Source of the DNA: a virus
Lineage: Duplodnaviria > Caudoviricetes
Direction: 5' to 3' (one strand)
DNA length: 50,950 nucleotides
IMG/VR virus record: IMGVR_UViG_3300025864_000004
Span: 1 to 50,950 of that record
The position numbers and the translations under genes were made by a program. Below the pieces are notes generated by a model that saw nothing but the letters and a program-made list of their open reading frames with translations, had not been told where the DNA came from and searched no databases. The number at the start of each line of letters is the position of its first letter. Position 1 is the stretch's first letter. Below, piece after piece: positions 10,156 through 18,657 of this stretch.

Positions 10156-10815
10156 TTACTCCAGATGGTCGGCCCCCTTGTGAGCAAGGTCTAAGGCGTC
10201 GATACGGTCGCGTTCACGTTCAAGAGAGGCCCTGTAGTCGTCCATTAGCTTCTGACGAGCAATGGGGTCCTGTACGGATTCGAGCAGCTTGTCGGACTTG
10301 ATGTCGGGCTCCTCCCCCATTTTCGACAGGGTGATCCCAGCGTCGAGCACCACTTTGACCATTTTCAGGAGTTGTTCGGTACTCAGTGAGTGAGGATAGT
10401 ACTTGACCCGCTCATATAGGCTGCGGAGTGCCTCTCCGCCCACTTCTCGCCACAAATGGTGCTCGTAGTCACGGCGAAAGAGGGGATCGGTGCGACGAAT
10501 CCGATAAAGTTCGACCTGTTCCCAGAAATAGTCGTCGTTATCGAGGTATTTGTTGAACATTTCGCAACTTTGACCGCGATAACCAGCGCGGCGCATGACT
10601 TCCGTCTTGTTCGGCACGATATTGCCATCTGAGTCGTGCTGTTTCCGCGTCCCAGGACCGTAGACCCACTCATCTGCTTCCATGCAGACGTAGGCCGCAG
10701 CAGCCATTTCGGTAGAAACCTTCTTCTTTTCCCGTTTCAGTGCAGTCGGCTTCCCAATAGGCCGCTTTGCTGGGGTCGGGTAATCGTCAGAGGTATTGGT
10801 GAGTTCTCTAGGCAT
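10156..10815 (-). CDS. Probable terminase small subunit
   Basis: 219 aa upstream of TerL; NKTEVMRRAGY HTH-like motif and coiled-coil C-terminus. Confidence 0.6.
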   Translation of the reverse strand: MPRELTNTSDDYPTPAKRPIGKPTALKREKKKVSTEMAAAAYVCMEADEWVYGPGTRKQHDSDGNIVPNKTEVMRRAGYRGQSCEMFNKYLDNDDYFWEQVELYRIRRTDPLFRRDYEHHLWREVGGEALRSLYERVKYYPHSLSTEQLLKMVKVVLDAGITLSKMGEEPDIKSDKLLESVQDPIARQKLMDDYRASLERERDRIDALDLAHKGADHLE

Positions 10816-10823
10816 CTGTAAGC

Positions 10824-10905
10824 ATTATACCACGAATATTTGTTTAGTCTACCATCCTTCAGCCAGAACACGGATGGTTGCGCTTTTCCAAGAGTTTGCT
10901 ATACT
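10824..10905. promoter_or_regulatory. Back-to-back divergent promoters (GGATGG class)
   Basis: Minus: GGATGGTAG-N19-TATAAT (10857-10824). Plus: GGATGGTTG-N19-TATACT (10872-10905). Both have TGn. Confidence 0.75.
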
Positions 10906-10954
10906 GCTCTTAGGTAAGAGCCCCTTAAGAGCTTAAGCATTACAGGAGGTATGT

Positions 10955-11314
10955 ATGAAGTTCTTTTCACCCCTTTCTATTTCCCGGTTACGCTATGCAG
11001 TCTTCTTCTTACTCTCCTTACCGCTGCTCTTGCTCTTGCTTAAGTACTTAATGGAGGGTTTTGCACGCGCGCGCGTTCCGGCGGCAGCGTCAACGAAGGA
11101 CTGGGAGACCCTGGACGATCTGAAGGACGATCTGAAGTTGCAGCGCGCCAGACGGGCCATGGAAAAGGTGAGGCTCGACAGTTCAGCCTTCAGGACGGTG
11201 GCGGCGCTTACCGGGAAGGAAGACAGAACACACCCCCTGTCGGAGGTGCTCTGGGATGCGGGATACGACATGTGCGCCAAAAAACCAGCCACCTGGGCCA
11301 TGTGGTTCACATGA
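10955..11314 (+). CDS. Hypothetical protein, hydrophobic N-terminus
   Basis: AGGAGG RBS after the promoter. Confidence 0.55.
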   Translation: MKFFSPLSISRLRYAVFFLLSLPLLLLLLKYLMEGFARARVPAAASTKDWETLDDLKDDLKLQRARRAMEKVRLDSSAFRTVAALTGKEDRTHPLSEVLWDAGYDMCAKKPATWAMWFT

Positions 11315-11374
11315 CCGTCCTCTACGTCATCCTCGCCCTACTCGTGACTATTTTCATCTTGGGGGTTGTGAACA

Positions 11375-11659
11375 TTGACTAGTTATCGGGACCGCTGTGA
11401 AGCCGAGTCGCAGACTGGGTACCCCGCCTTCCCCTGTCCGCGTTGTGGTTACGACGACTGGTGGGTCCATCGTCCATACCGGAAGTCAAAGCGCGACCGT
11501 CCACCACTGTGGACAGCGGAATGTTGGCACTGTCACGTCATCGAGACGGCCCACCACGTCGATGGTGGTTGGCTCTACATGCACCAGTACAGCAAGCATC
11601 CCGGCTCTTTGCACGACTTCGTACAGGAACACTCAAAATATCTTAGGGAGACGACATGA
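11375..11659 (+). CDS. Zn-ribbon protein
   Basis: CPRC...CWHC; overlaps the next gene (ATGA). Confidence 0.65.
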   Translation: MTSYRDRCEAESQTGYPAFPCPRCGYDDWWVHRPYRKSKRDRPPLWTAECWHCHVIETAHHVDGGWLYMHQYSKHPGSLHDFVQEHSKYLRETT

Positions 11660-11889
11660 AACACAAAGACCGCGTTCGCATAAAGTTTGGCAAGACCGAC
11701 CTCGACAATCTGGCACAAGTCATATACGACGAGTTTCACGGTCACGACGCATTCTCCACCGGGTACGGCCCGCCCTGGAAACTCTATTCCAAGGAGAAGC
11801 ACGACGTTGTGGTTGAGGAGTTCCGCACTGCTGCCGAAGCCGCAATCTTAGCCTTCAACGACGGCGACCTGTACGAATACGACTTTTGA
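11656..11889 (+). CDS. Hypothetical protein
   Basis: Coupled on both sides. Confidence 0.65.
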   Translation: MKHKDRVRIKFGKTDLDNLAQVIYDEFHGHDAFSTGYGPPWKLYSKEKHDVVVEEFRTAAEAAILAFNDGDLYEYDF

Positions 11890-12410
11890 CCATCTTCCTA
11901 ACCTCAGACCTCCATTTGGACCATTGGGCCGAATGGTTGCAAGAACAGCGGTATGAGTTCTGCACCGCCGGCGAGATGAATGGCGTCCTGATCGGGAACA
12001 TCTTGGAGACGGTCAAGCCGACCGACGAACTGTATGTCCTCGGTGATTTCGCGTTCAACCCCAATACATTCGACGCCTACGCATCTGCACTTGAGAGCGC
12101 CTGCACGGTCAAGTGGATTCACGGGAATCACGACCCCAAGCGGCGGCACGACCCGCTGGCTGATGATTTCCGGCACAACAGACGCCACTACTACGTCTGC
12201 CACTATCCGTGGCAGTCATTCAGGCCGAATACAGTCATGCTGCACGGCCACACACACAACGGCCCGGTTGAACCGTCAAGGGATTCAAGACAGTTGAACA
12301 GGTTCGACGTGGGCGTGGACACGGTTTGGGACGGACGCAGGTATTACCCAGTGTCGATTGAGCAGATCGAAACGCGAATTCAGAACTCCTACTTCGAGCA
12401 TTCCGAATGA
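11886..12410 (+). CDS. Calcineurin-like metallophosphoesterase
   Basis: SDLH, LGDF, GNHD, CHYP, HGHTH, DVGVD motifs. Confidence 0.92.
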   Translation: MTIFLTSDLHLDHWAEWLQEQRYEFCTAGEMNGVLIGNILETVKPTDELYVLGDFAFNPNTFDAYASALESACTVKWIHGNHDPKRRHDPLADDFRHNRRHYYVCHYPWQSFRPNTVMLHGHTHNGPVEPSRDSRQLNRFDVGVDTVWDGRRYYPVSIEQIETRIQNSYFEHSE

Positions 12411-12853
12411 CCGTCACGGAGCAGACCAAAACACGACAGGTTGCCAACAGGCTGTACTACGCGCTGAATCGCGAGAGCGTACGGGCACAGCAGCGTGCCT
12501 ACCACGAGCTGCACGGGATTATTCGATGGGACAGATGTGCCCGGCGATACAAGTGGTACAAGGCCAACCTGAACATCCTGAAGGCCGCGCAGGGTTGCGA
12601 CGACTGCGGCACTCATGTCAGACGGCTCAACCACCACCACACTGACCCGACTACCAAGAGATATGACGTGTCGTCGATGTATGGTTACTCGGTTGAAGTC
12701 TTTCTCGACGAGGTTGCTAAATGCAAGGTCCTCTGTTACTCGTGCCACATGCGACTCCACCGAAACCCGTGTTCAGTCGGTGTTCAGAGCACGCAAAAAA
12801 GTACGTGTTCAGGCACGTCGTCAATCTCAGACGGGGGCACGACCACTCGGTAG
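12407..12853 (+). CDS. HNH endonuclease
   Basis: GCDDC...HHHTDP..KRY...KCKVLCYSCH. Confidence 0.8.
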   Translation: MTVTEQTKTRQVANRLYYALNRESVRAQQRAYHELHGIIRWDRCARRYKWYKANLNILKAAQGCDDCGTHVRRLNHHHTDPTTKRYDVSSMYGYSVEVFLDEVAKCKVLCYSCHMRLHRNPCSVGVQSTQKSTCSGTSSISDGGTTTR

Positions 12854-12922
12854 CTACTGAACCTCGACAACGCCAAGCGCGCCGGGGTGGCTGCTATTGT
12901 GTCCACAAAGTGTTCAGTCGGT
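12769..12922. repeat. Candidate attP with integrase arm-type repeats (GTGTTCAG x4)
   Basis: GTGTTCAG at 12769, 12780, 12805 and 12910; GTGTTCAGTCGGT exact at 12769 and 12910; located at the 3' end of the integrase. Confidence 0.55.
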
Positions 12923-13898
12923 TAACAGCGTCATCCTGCATGGAGGGGATTACATGGCAATAGATCGCGAGTGTGGTGCCGATGTGGGCGTGCCCGAGGC
13001 GTTCCTGTATGACGCGAGGGTTGACGCCTGCGGCCATGAGCATTGTGGCGTGACTGTGCCGCAGTCCATGAAAAGTGATTGGGATGCCAAGGTTTCTTGC
13101 AAGTATAGTGAACTGGTGCGTGACGGTTTCAGGAGCCATGGGAACCACAGGCTCGTCTGGCACCCCCCGATCACCGAGATAGCGGAGGGTGATGAGAGGG
13201 AAGGGTACGCGACGTGGCCTGCCGGTCTTGGGGGGCTTCCATATTCCCCGCCAAAGGGACCCAGAAACCGTTATGACGCTTGGGCCTACATCACGCCACC
13301 GCAGCCCGCAAACCTCCCCGCGTCTGAGACCACATGTGGCTGCAAGGACGATAGCCCTCTGAAGAGCACCCTCGCTACCATCAATGAGACTCTGAATGTC
13401 ATCGCGGCCAATAACCGCCATATCGAACGGTTGATACTTCGGTGCAGTTACCTTATCGAGCGGATTGAAGGCGAATACCTCTCGCTTGACCCCATCTCTG
13501 AATGAGGCCCGCATAACGTGATGATGACTACTCAGAGTTGCCGTGCTGTACTGCTTCTTGCTCGCGTAGTAGTGCTCAAAGACGGTGGGGGTCAGGTCCC
13601 TGAGTTTGAAGTGTCCAAGGTCGGGTTTGAGATGCTTGTTGACGACGGAGCGGTAAACCGACTCAGTAGCGGGAGCAAGACGCAGTGACGCAATCCATTC
13701 ATCCAGCCAATCAGCAAACAACATATCGGAGGTGTGATGCTTATTAGAAAGCTCACGCGTAATCCATTCGTTGGCCTCAAACTTGGTCCGAAAGGTCTTC
13801 TTCTCCCGAATCGGTACCCGCTTGCCATCGTCCATCCGGGAACCAAGGTAAAGACGAGCCTCCCACTTCCCACCGAACTTTCTGACCGAACTACCCAT
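12894..13898 (-). CDS. int: Tyrosine integrase
   Basis: GLRRGE, HGLRH, LGH and IYCH catalytic motifs; N-terminal arm-binding and SAM-like regions; start placed at ATG 13898 after AGGAGGAG. Confidence 0.95.
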   Translation of the reverse strand: MGSSVRKFGGKWEARLYLGSRMDDGKRVPIREKKTFRTKFEANEWITRELSNKHHTSDMLFADWLDEWIASLRLAPATESVYRSVVNKHLKPDLGHFKLRDLTPTVFEHYYASKKQYSTATLSSHHHVMRASFRDGVKREVFAFNPLDKVTAPKYQPFDMAVIGRDDIQSLIDGSEGALQRAIVLAATCGLRRGEVCGLRWRDVGPSVITVSGSLWRGIWKPPKTGRPRRVPFPLITLRYLGDRGVPDEPVVPMAPETVTHQFTILARNLGIPITFHGLRHSHATMLMAAGVNPRVIQERLGHAHIGTTLAIYCHVIPSMQDDAVNRLNTLWTQ

Positions 13899-13911
13899 GA
13901 CTCCTCCTAGT

Positions 13912-13945
13912 GGATAGTGGCGTTGTTTCCGACTCATGGTATAAT
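13912..13945 (+). promoter_or_regulatory. Promoter, GGATGG class
   Basis: GGATAGTGG-N19-TATAAT with CCGACTCATGG. Confidence 0.65.
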
Positions 13946-13979
13946 TAAGTTACAGGAAAAAGCAAGGGAAGGACACATA

Positions 13980-14090
13980 GTGGCGAAAAAGAAGGATGCG
14001 ACGTGGACCGGGAAGGCTAACCCGTTCGCCAAGAAGGTCGAGCAGAAGACCATCAAGTGCCCGAAGTGCGGCGCGACGATCAAGGTTTGA
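13980..14090 (+). CDS. Small basic CxxC peptide (36 aa)
   Basis: MAKKKDATW...IKCPKCGATIKV with AAGGA RBS after the promoter. Confidence 0.6.
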   Translation: MAKKKDATWTGKANPFAKKVEQKTIKCPKCGATIKV

Positions 14091-14458
14091 GTAAGGAGCG
14101 TGACATCACCAGTACCCTGCGCAAGTTTGCCGATGGCATCTACGTGGGCTCCTCGGTGGACATCAGGCTGGGAGTGACGACCATCGACGTGCGCAGGCTC
14201 CCCGAGTCGCCGTGGCACGCCGCAGACATCAAGAAGTCTGTTGTCGATATGTTCATGCGCGCCATCCACCAAGCCGTACAGGATGGTGAAGTTCTCATCT
14301 CCTGCACCTACGGGGTCAACCGTGCTCCCTGCGTTGCCAAGCTGTACTGCATCGGAGCGGGACTGGAATTCAACTGGGCAGGCTCTTTCCCCAACAAGTC
14401 GTGGCGGGAGTACGTCCAGAAGAACTATGACTACTACCAGAAGAATGCGTGGGCATGA
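14087..14458 (+). CDS. Dual-specificity/tyrosine phosphatase-like protein
   Basis: CX5R P-loop VLISCTYGVNRAP; GIYVGS N-terminal strand; start codon uncertain. Confidence 0.75.
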   Translation: MSKERDITSTLRKFADGIYVGSSVDIRLGVTTIDVRRLPESPWHAADIKKSVVDMFMRAIHQAVQDGEVLISCTYGVNRAPCVAKLYCIGAGLEFNWAGSFPNKSWREYVQKNYDYYQKNAWA

Positions 14459-14459
14459 C

Positions 14460-14493
14460 AGATGGCAGCGTTATATCCGACTCATGGTATAAT
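14460..14493 (+). promoter_or_regulatory. Promoter, GGATGG class
   Basis: AGATGGCAG-N19-TATAAT; CCGACTCATGGTATAAT identical to 13929-13945. Confidence 0.7.
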
Positions 14494-14522
14494 AAAGTGA
14501 CAAGACAATCAAGGAGGTCAAC

Positions 14523-14783
14523 ATGACGGATACGAAGGTGTGGGAGAAAAAGGCTCTCAGCCCAGACCAAGCGGTACAAACAGAAAAGAAGTGGCCGGTG
14601 AAGGAAGAGAGGAAGGCCCCAGTCGCCCCAGAGAAGAATGAGCGGGTGGCCCTCTCTCCCGATCAGGCCGTGAAAACCGTGAAGAAGTCAGAAAAGCCGA
14701 AGAAGGTGACGTGTCTCTCCTGTGGAGACTCATACTCAGATGATCGCGAGACCTGTCCCGCGTGTGGGGTGCAGAAGAACTAA
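14523..14783 (+). CDS. Basic protein with duplicated ALSPDQAV motif and C-terminal Zn ribbon
   Basis: AAGGAGG RBS; CLSC...CPAC. Confidence 0.75.
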   Translation: MTDTKVWEKKALSPDQAVQTEKKWPVKEERKAPVAPEKNERVALSPDQAVKTVKKSEKPKKVTCLSCGDSYSDDRETCPACGVQKN

Positions 14784-14924
14784 GAACCGTTGCCGGTCGC
14801 TACCGGCGTGGACGGCGAATGCCGTCGCGGGGCGGTTCCGAAGTTGCTCGGGGCCGCCCCTGCTTCTTCCCCTCAGAGTACACCTTTTCCCACGAATCAG
14901 AGACCTTAGCCGAGACTTCAGCGC

Positions 14925-15335
14925 TCACGAGGGTACGGGTAGCCTTGAGCCGTTTTCCTCGCTCAACACACTACCTTTCACAACTCCCTCACCCGCAACT
15001 ATGGTGGCGTGCAAGTTGTCTGCCCCACCACCTACTCGACCACGCCTAGCCTTGCCCGCACAACTCATGGAGCAGTACTTGGAGCCCTGCTTCACCTGTT
15101 TCATAGTCAGCTTGTTGAAGCAGCCCGATCTTGCACAGATGGTGTCGGAGTAGGGTCCCTTGCGGAGTATTGGCCTCTTATTTCCAGTTAACGACACATT
15201 ATCGACCGGCGGGGTAATAACTTCTGGTGATGACGCTTCCGGGCTAACCTTAACGACGGGCTGCCCAGCAAGTACGGTTAAGGCATTCCTCACCTCTTCC
15301 GCAGTTCCTCTGAGATGAATGACTACTTGTTCCAC
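14925..15335 (-). CDS. Hypothetical Zn-finger protein
   Basis: GTG after AAGGGAG; CARSGC...YCSMSC. Confidence 0.5.
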   Translation of the reverse strand: MEQVVIHLRGTAEEVRNALTVLAGQPVVKVSPEASSPEVITPPVDNVSLTGNKRPILRKGPYSDTICARSGCFNKLTMKQVKQGSKYCSMSCAGKARRGRVGGGADNLHATIVAGEGVVKGSVLSEENGSRLPVPS

Positions 15336-15356
15336 GGAGTCTCCCTTAGTTGAGAT

Positions 15357-15390
15357 GGATGGTAGAGAGTTGAGTGACTCATGGTACAAT
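15357..15390 (+). promoter_or_regulatory. Promoter, GGATGG class
   Basis: GGATGGTAG-N19-TACAAT with GACTCATGG. Confidence 0.7.
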
Positions 15391-15420
15391 AAGTAGGGAA
15401 AAATAGTCAAGGAGATCATT

Positions 15421-15708
15421 GTGAGCGAACTCGAAGATGCGCAGCGTGAGTACGTCAAGAACTCGTATACGACGGAGGACGGCACACCCATTGTCACTAA
15501 GGCGTATGCTGATGACTACATTGCCGCTCTGGAGGCTGAGAACGAGGGGCTGAAGTGCTGCGGGAACTGCGGCAACCTTGACTGGGACGACTGCGACATG
15601 GACGGCATGTGCCACTTCAGCCGCGAGCATGACCACGACATCGAGATGGTGAGGCCGTGGCTATCCTGCCACTTTGCCCGATCCCGCTGGGCGAGGAGGA
15701 AGCCGTGA
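15421..15708 (+). CDS. Coiled-coil/Cys protein (IAALEAE family)
   Basis: AAGGAG RBS; YIAALEAENEGLKCCGNC. Confidence 0.75.
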   Translation: MSELEDAQREYVKNSYTTEDGTPIVTKAYADDYIAALEAENEGLKCCGNCGNLDWDDCDMDGMCHFSREHDHDIEMVRPWLSCHFARSRWARRKP

Positions 15709-15807
15709 ACCCCGACTCAATTGAGTTGTCCAAGAATATCGGATAACTGCCACAAAAATATTTTCAGAAAGAGGCACTCATCTTACATAGTCAAGGAGGA
15801 ACAAGTA

Positions 15808-16077
15808 ATGCGCTGGTACCCTTTCGATCCAGCCAGGGGCTACAGGCAGAAGCGCCCACCCGAGAAAAGGGTCGTCCTCTGTTGCATACCACAAGGCCGA
15901 GGTCTCCCTCCGGTACTCGCCGCTGGGTATCGGAAAAATCATGCCGGTGAGAAGTCTGAGCCGTATTTCGTCATCCCGGGCCTGGGGGGAGTTCCCACAG
16001 CTTGGTGTGACTGTCTGCCAGATGCGGAAGCGAGCGAGTTCTGGGGCACCCAGAATAACTCCCCAAAAAATATATAG
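15808..16077 (+). CDS. Hypothetical protein, DUF551-like
   Basis: AAGGAGG RBS; MRW...PP..VL...G...TAW pattern. Confidence 0.55.
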   Translation: MRWYPFDPARGYRQKRPPEKRVVLCCIPQGRGLPPVLAAGYRKNHAGEKSEPYFVIPGLGGVPTAWCDCLPDAEASEFWGTQNNSPKNI

Positions 16078-16319
16078 AAAAGGACCACCCTTCCTACCAC
16101 TGGGTTGCTCCTAAAGAGTAGGGGGGGTCTGAGTGGATGCTGAGTTGCCGGGGCTGTGGCCGCATCCTCGGGGCTGTGGCTTTGCCCATGTTCCCCGGGG
16201 GGAGGGGCGGACCGCCAGCTAAAGCACCCCGCCTCTGTTGTTGCGTGTGTAATCACACAGAATATGTGCATGTGCAGGTAGATCGTGCCCGCGCTTGCTG
16301 GTGGGAGCCCCCCCTCCCT

Positions 16320-16402
16320 AATGCATTAGTGCAATGTATGTATGCATAGTATTGTGTGCATGTGTGTGATATGCATGTGCTATTGTGTGCATGTATGTGT
16401 GC
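16320..16402. repeat. Alternating purine/pyrimidine ATGCAT/TGTG-rich tract
   Basis: TATTGTGTGCATGT exact at 16350 and 16381; multiple ATGCAT/TGCA. Confidence 0.7.
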
Positions 16403-16405
16403 TTA

Positions 16406-16443
16406 GTTAGGCAAGCCTAACGCATATGGTTAGGCACACCTAT
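16406..16443. promoter_or_regulatory. Two tandem DtxR/IdeR-like boxes
   Basis: TTAGGCAAGCCTAACGCAT and TATGGTTAGGCACACCTAT; inverted repeat GTTAGGC-AA-GCCTAAC. Confidence 0.5.
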
Positions 16444-16539
16444 GCATCACGCCCATGCCCTATGCTACTGCCTTCCCTGCTACATACGGGACAAGGGTAG
16501 TAAGAGTGGGTGCGACTCGGGCAAGCGCATGCAAGATCG

Positions 16540-16634
16540 CCCTATATGGAAGCCCTATATAAGGCCCCTCTATAGAAGGCCCCTATAGGAAGGCCCTATA
16601 TAAAGGCCCCTATATGGAAGCCTTTCTATAGAAG
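16540..16634. repeat. Tandem array of seven quasi-palindromic CC(C)TATA..AAG(G) units
   Basis: 12-15-nt units directly abutting, non-coding. Confidence 0.9.
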
Positions 16635-16792
16635 ACTTTCCCTGTCCCGATTCGCTTTCTGAGTCATTCCTTAACAATCCCGTTTCTGCTAGGCTCGACT
16701 TATGCAAGATTGGATTTGCTTATACAGTCTAGGAGATGTACTATGTGGGCAGACTTAAGCTAAAGAAATCAAACGCAAACAGGAGGAAGATC

Positions 16793-17017
16793 ATGAACAT
16801 ACGACGCAATCTCTGGCAGGATGAACGCATCGCCTATCGGTCGGCAATCTACCGCCGCGCTACGTTGCGCTCCATGATCAACGATCACAATGCAGGCACA
16901 TTCGACCTTGACGGCCCGCACTTGAATTATTGCATGGACGGTATTTGCGCAGAGACACAAAGCGCACGGAGTATCCTCTACCGCACCCGCGCCCGTGTTC
17001 TCGGGTACAGCCGCTAA
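16793..17017 (+). CDS. Early hypothetical protein
   Basis: AGGAGG RBS; first gene after the non-coding region. Confidence 0.7.
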   Translation: MNIRRNLWQDERIAYRSAIYRRATLRSMINDHNAGTFDLDGPHLNYCMDGICAETQSARSILYRTRARVLGYSR

Positions 17018-17094
17018 CCTCATCACATACGAAGCCCACCGGCTCTTGAGGGAGCCTTTGGGCTGCCAAGACCCACCCAGCCAAGGGAGCAGCC

Positions 17095-17280
17095 ATGACA
17101 GCACAGCACAAAGCCGAGAAGACCGCCCGGCAGCTAGCTTTTGCAGCCGCGCTCGCAAGCTGGCAACGGCTCGACGGTACGCGAAGCGACCTAGGCTCAG
17201 CCATGAGACTTGCAGCGATCCGCAACAACGGAACCACGCACACAGCAGCCCCGCTTGTCGTCAACGAAACTCGGAACTAG
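17095..17280 (+). CDS. Early hypothetical protein
   Basis: Preceded by the ACCCAGCCAAGGGAG repeat. Confidence 0.6.
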   Translation: MTAQHKAEKTARQLAFAAALASWQRLDGTRSDLGSAMRLAAIRNNGTTHTAAPLVVNETRN

Positions 17281-17358
17281 GAGGATGCCGTGATTTGCCC
17301 AAAAAGACCACACAAACAATGCCCGTTCTGTCAAGGTCACCACTAAGGAGCAGGGAAC

Positions 17359-17625
17359 ATGACTGAGAATCAAAACACCATCGACCCCAAGCGCCGCGCC
17401 GAAATACTCGCCAGAGCTTCAGGCAACGATACGCACGCACTACCGAATCACTGCGCTACCTGCGGGCATTACCGCGAATGGCACCGCTGCCTTGTTGGCG
17501 GCGTAAGCAAGCCCCGTAAGGCTGCCGACATCGCTTGTCACCTCTACACCACCGAACGTGCTAGCGACATGATCGACGACGGTTACGGCATCAGGGCGCG
17601 CGGTGGGCTGGTGTACTTCGGGTGA
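17359..17625 (+). CDS. Early Cys-containing hypothetical protein
   Basis: AAGGAG RBS; CATC...C...C. Confidence 0.65.
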   Translation: MTENQNTIDPKRRAEILARASGNDTHALPNHCATCGHYREWHRCLVGGVSKPRKAADIACHLYTTERASDMIDDGYGIRARGGLVYFG

Positions 17626-17793
17626 TGATTGACGCACCCCTACATATCTTCGACACGTCCGAGTACATCGGGCAGGGTAAGCAGGCTACGCTAGATATAG
17701 CCATTGATGAGAGTGCGACGCAGGGCAGGGCTGAGGCTCCTCAGCAGAAGGCTAAGCAGATGCCCGGGCAGACGGAAATGGAGAGCTGAGAAC

Positions 17794-18051
17794 ATGCGCC
17801 AGTATTCCAAGGACCCCATGGGCGCAGAGTTTGTATACGCCATCGCGGGAAAACGCGAAACCGACCAAGCGACAGTAGGTGTCCGGGTCACGTTCGCAAG
17901 TGACGTTTATTACACGACGTGGAGGATCGACGGGAGCACCGTATACCGTCGCCAGTACAGCGGACGCAACCTGCGACACCTAAATCAGGTAATAACCGAC
18001 CTCCGCGAGGGTTTGCCGAGCTACTCAGAACAGGGAGCGTGGAAGACGTGA
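17794..18051 (+). CDS. Early hypothetical protein
   Basis: GGAG RBS; overlaps the next gene (GTGA). Confidence 0.6.
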   Translation: MRQYSKDPMGAEFVYAIAGKRETDQATVGVRVTFASDVYYTTWRIDGSTVYRRQYSGRNLRHLNQVITDLREGLPSYSEQGAWKT

Positions 18052-18260
18052 AGCAATCACGGCACGTATACGGCAGGCACATAAGAGACACCGAAGCAGA
18101 ACGCGCGTGGAGCGTGGCCACGTGCCACGACGAAGGAACAGCGGCCCTGATAGCTGCGCTCCTGAACGCTCACGCCGAAGACAACAAGAGTATGGTGGTC
18201 CGTTACGGCACAACGTCACTCAAGCTCGCACCATTCAAATACGACGGAGGAGCGTTCTAA
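18048..18260 (+). CDS. Early hypothetical protein
   Basis: Coupled GTG start. Confidence 0.55.
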   Translation: MKQSRHVYGRHIRDTEAERAWSVATCHDEGTAALIAALLNAHAEDNKSMVVRYGTTSLKLAPFKYDGGAF

Positions 18261-18323
18261 CCAACAGTAAAGACGGTGAATCTGTCAACAGGCTTTGCCA
18301 AACGCGAGACAGGAGTACGCACC

Positions 18324-18650
18324 ATGAGCGAAGACACCAGCACACTGAGAGGATTGCTAGCAGACTTCCGAGACACACTCGAAACGGACCGCGATAACAT
18401 CCTAGAATCCTCCGAGCCCGAAGACGTGTTACACGAGTACGCCGACTCCGCCGTACCGGTCTACACGGCCGACCTCATGCGACTGGCTGCTGATGATATC
18501 GGGCTGGCAACAGCCGAGCCCGAGTGCGGCCCTGCGTTTGACGGCTCACCTACTCCCGCGAACATTATCACAGCGAACGTGTATGAGGCCTTGCTCGCTG
18601 AGGGGTACGAATGGCTGCGCGAGGTGCAGGACGAGGACGACGACGACTAA
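18324..18650 (+). CDS. ocr: Ocr-like (T7 gp0.3-like) DNA-mimic anti-restriction protein
   Basis: Very acidic, 108 aa. LHEYADSAVPVYTADL aligns to T7 Ocr IHMAADNAVPHYYADI; NIITANVYEAL to RILQARIYEQL; acidic tail. Confidence 0.85.
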   Translation: MSEDTSTLRGLLADFRDTLETDRDNILESSEPEDVLHEYADSAVPVYTADLMRLAADDIGLATAEPECGPAFDGSPTPANIITANVYEALLAEGYEWLREVQDEDDDD

Positions 18651-18657
18651 CTGACGC

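Noticed and set aside
16540-16634. CRISPR array (a Cas4-like gene is present)
   Set aside because: Units are 12-15 nt and abut without unique spacers; solo Cas4-like nucleases are common in phages
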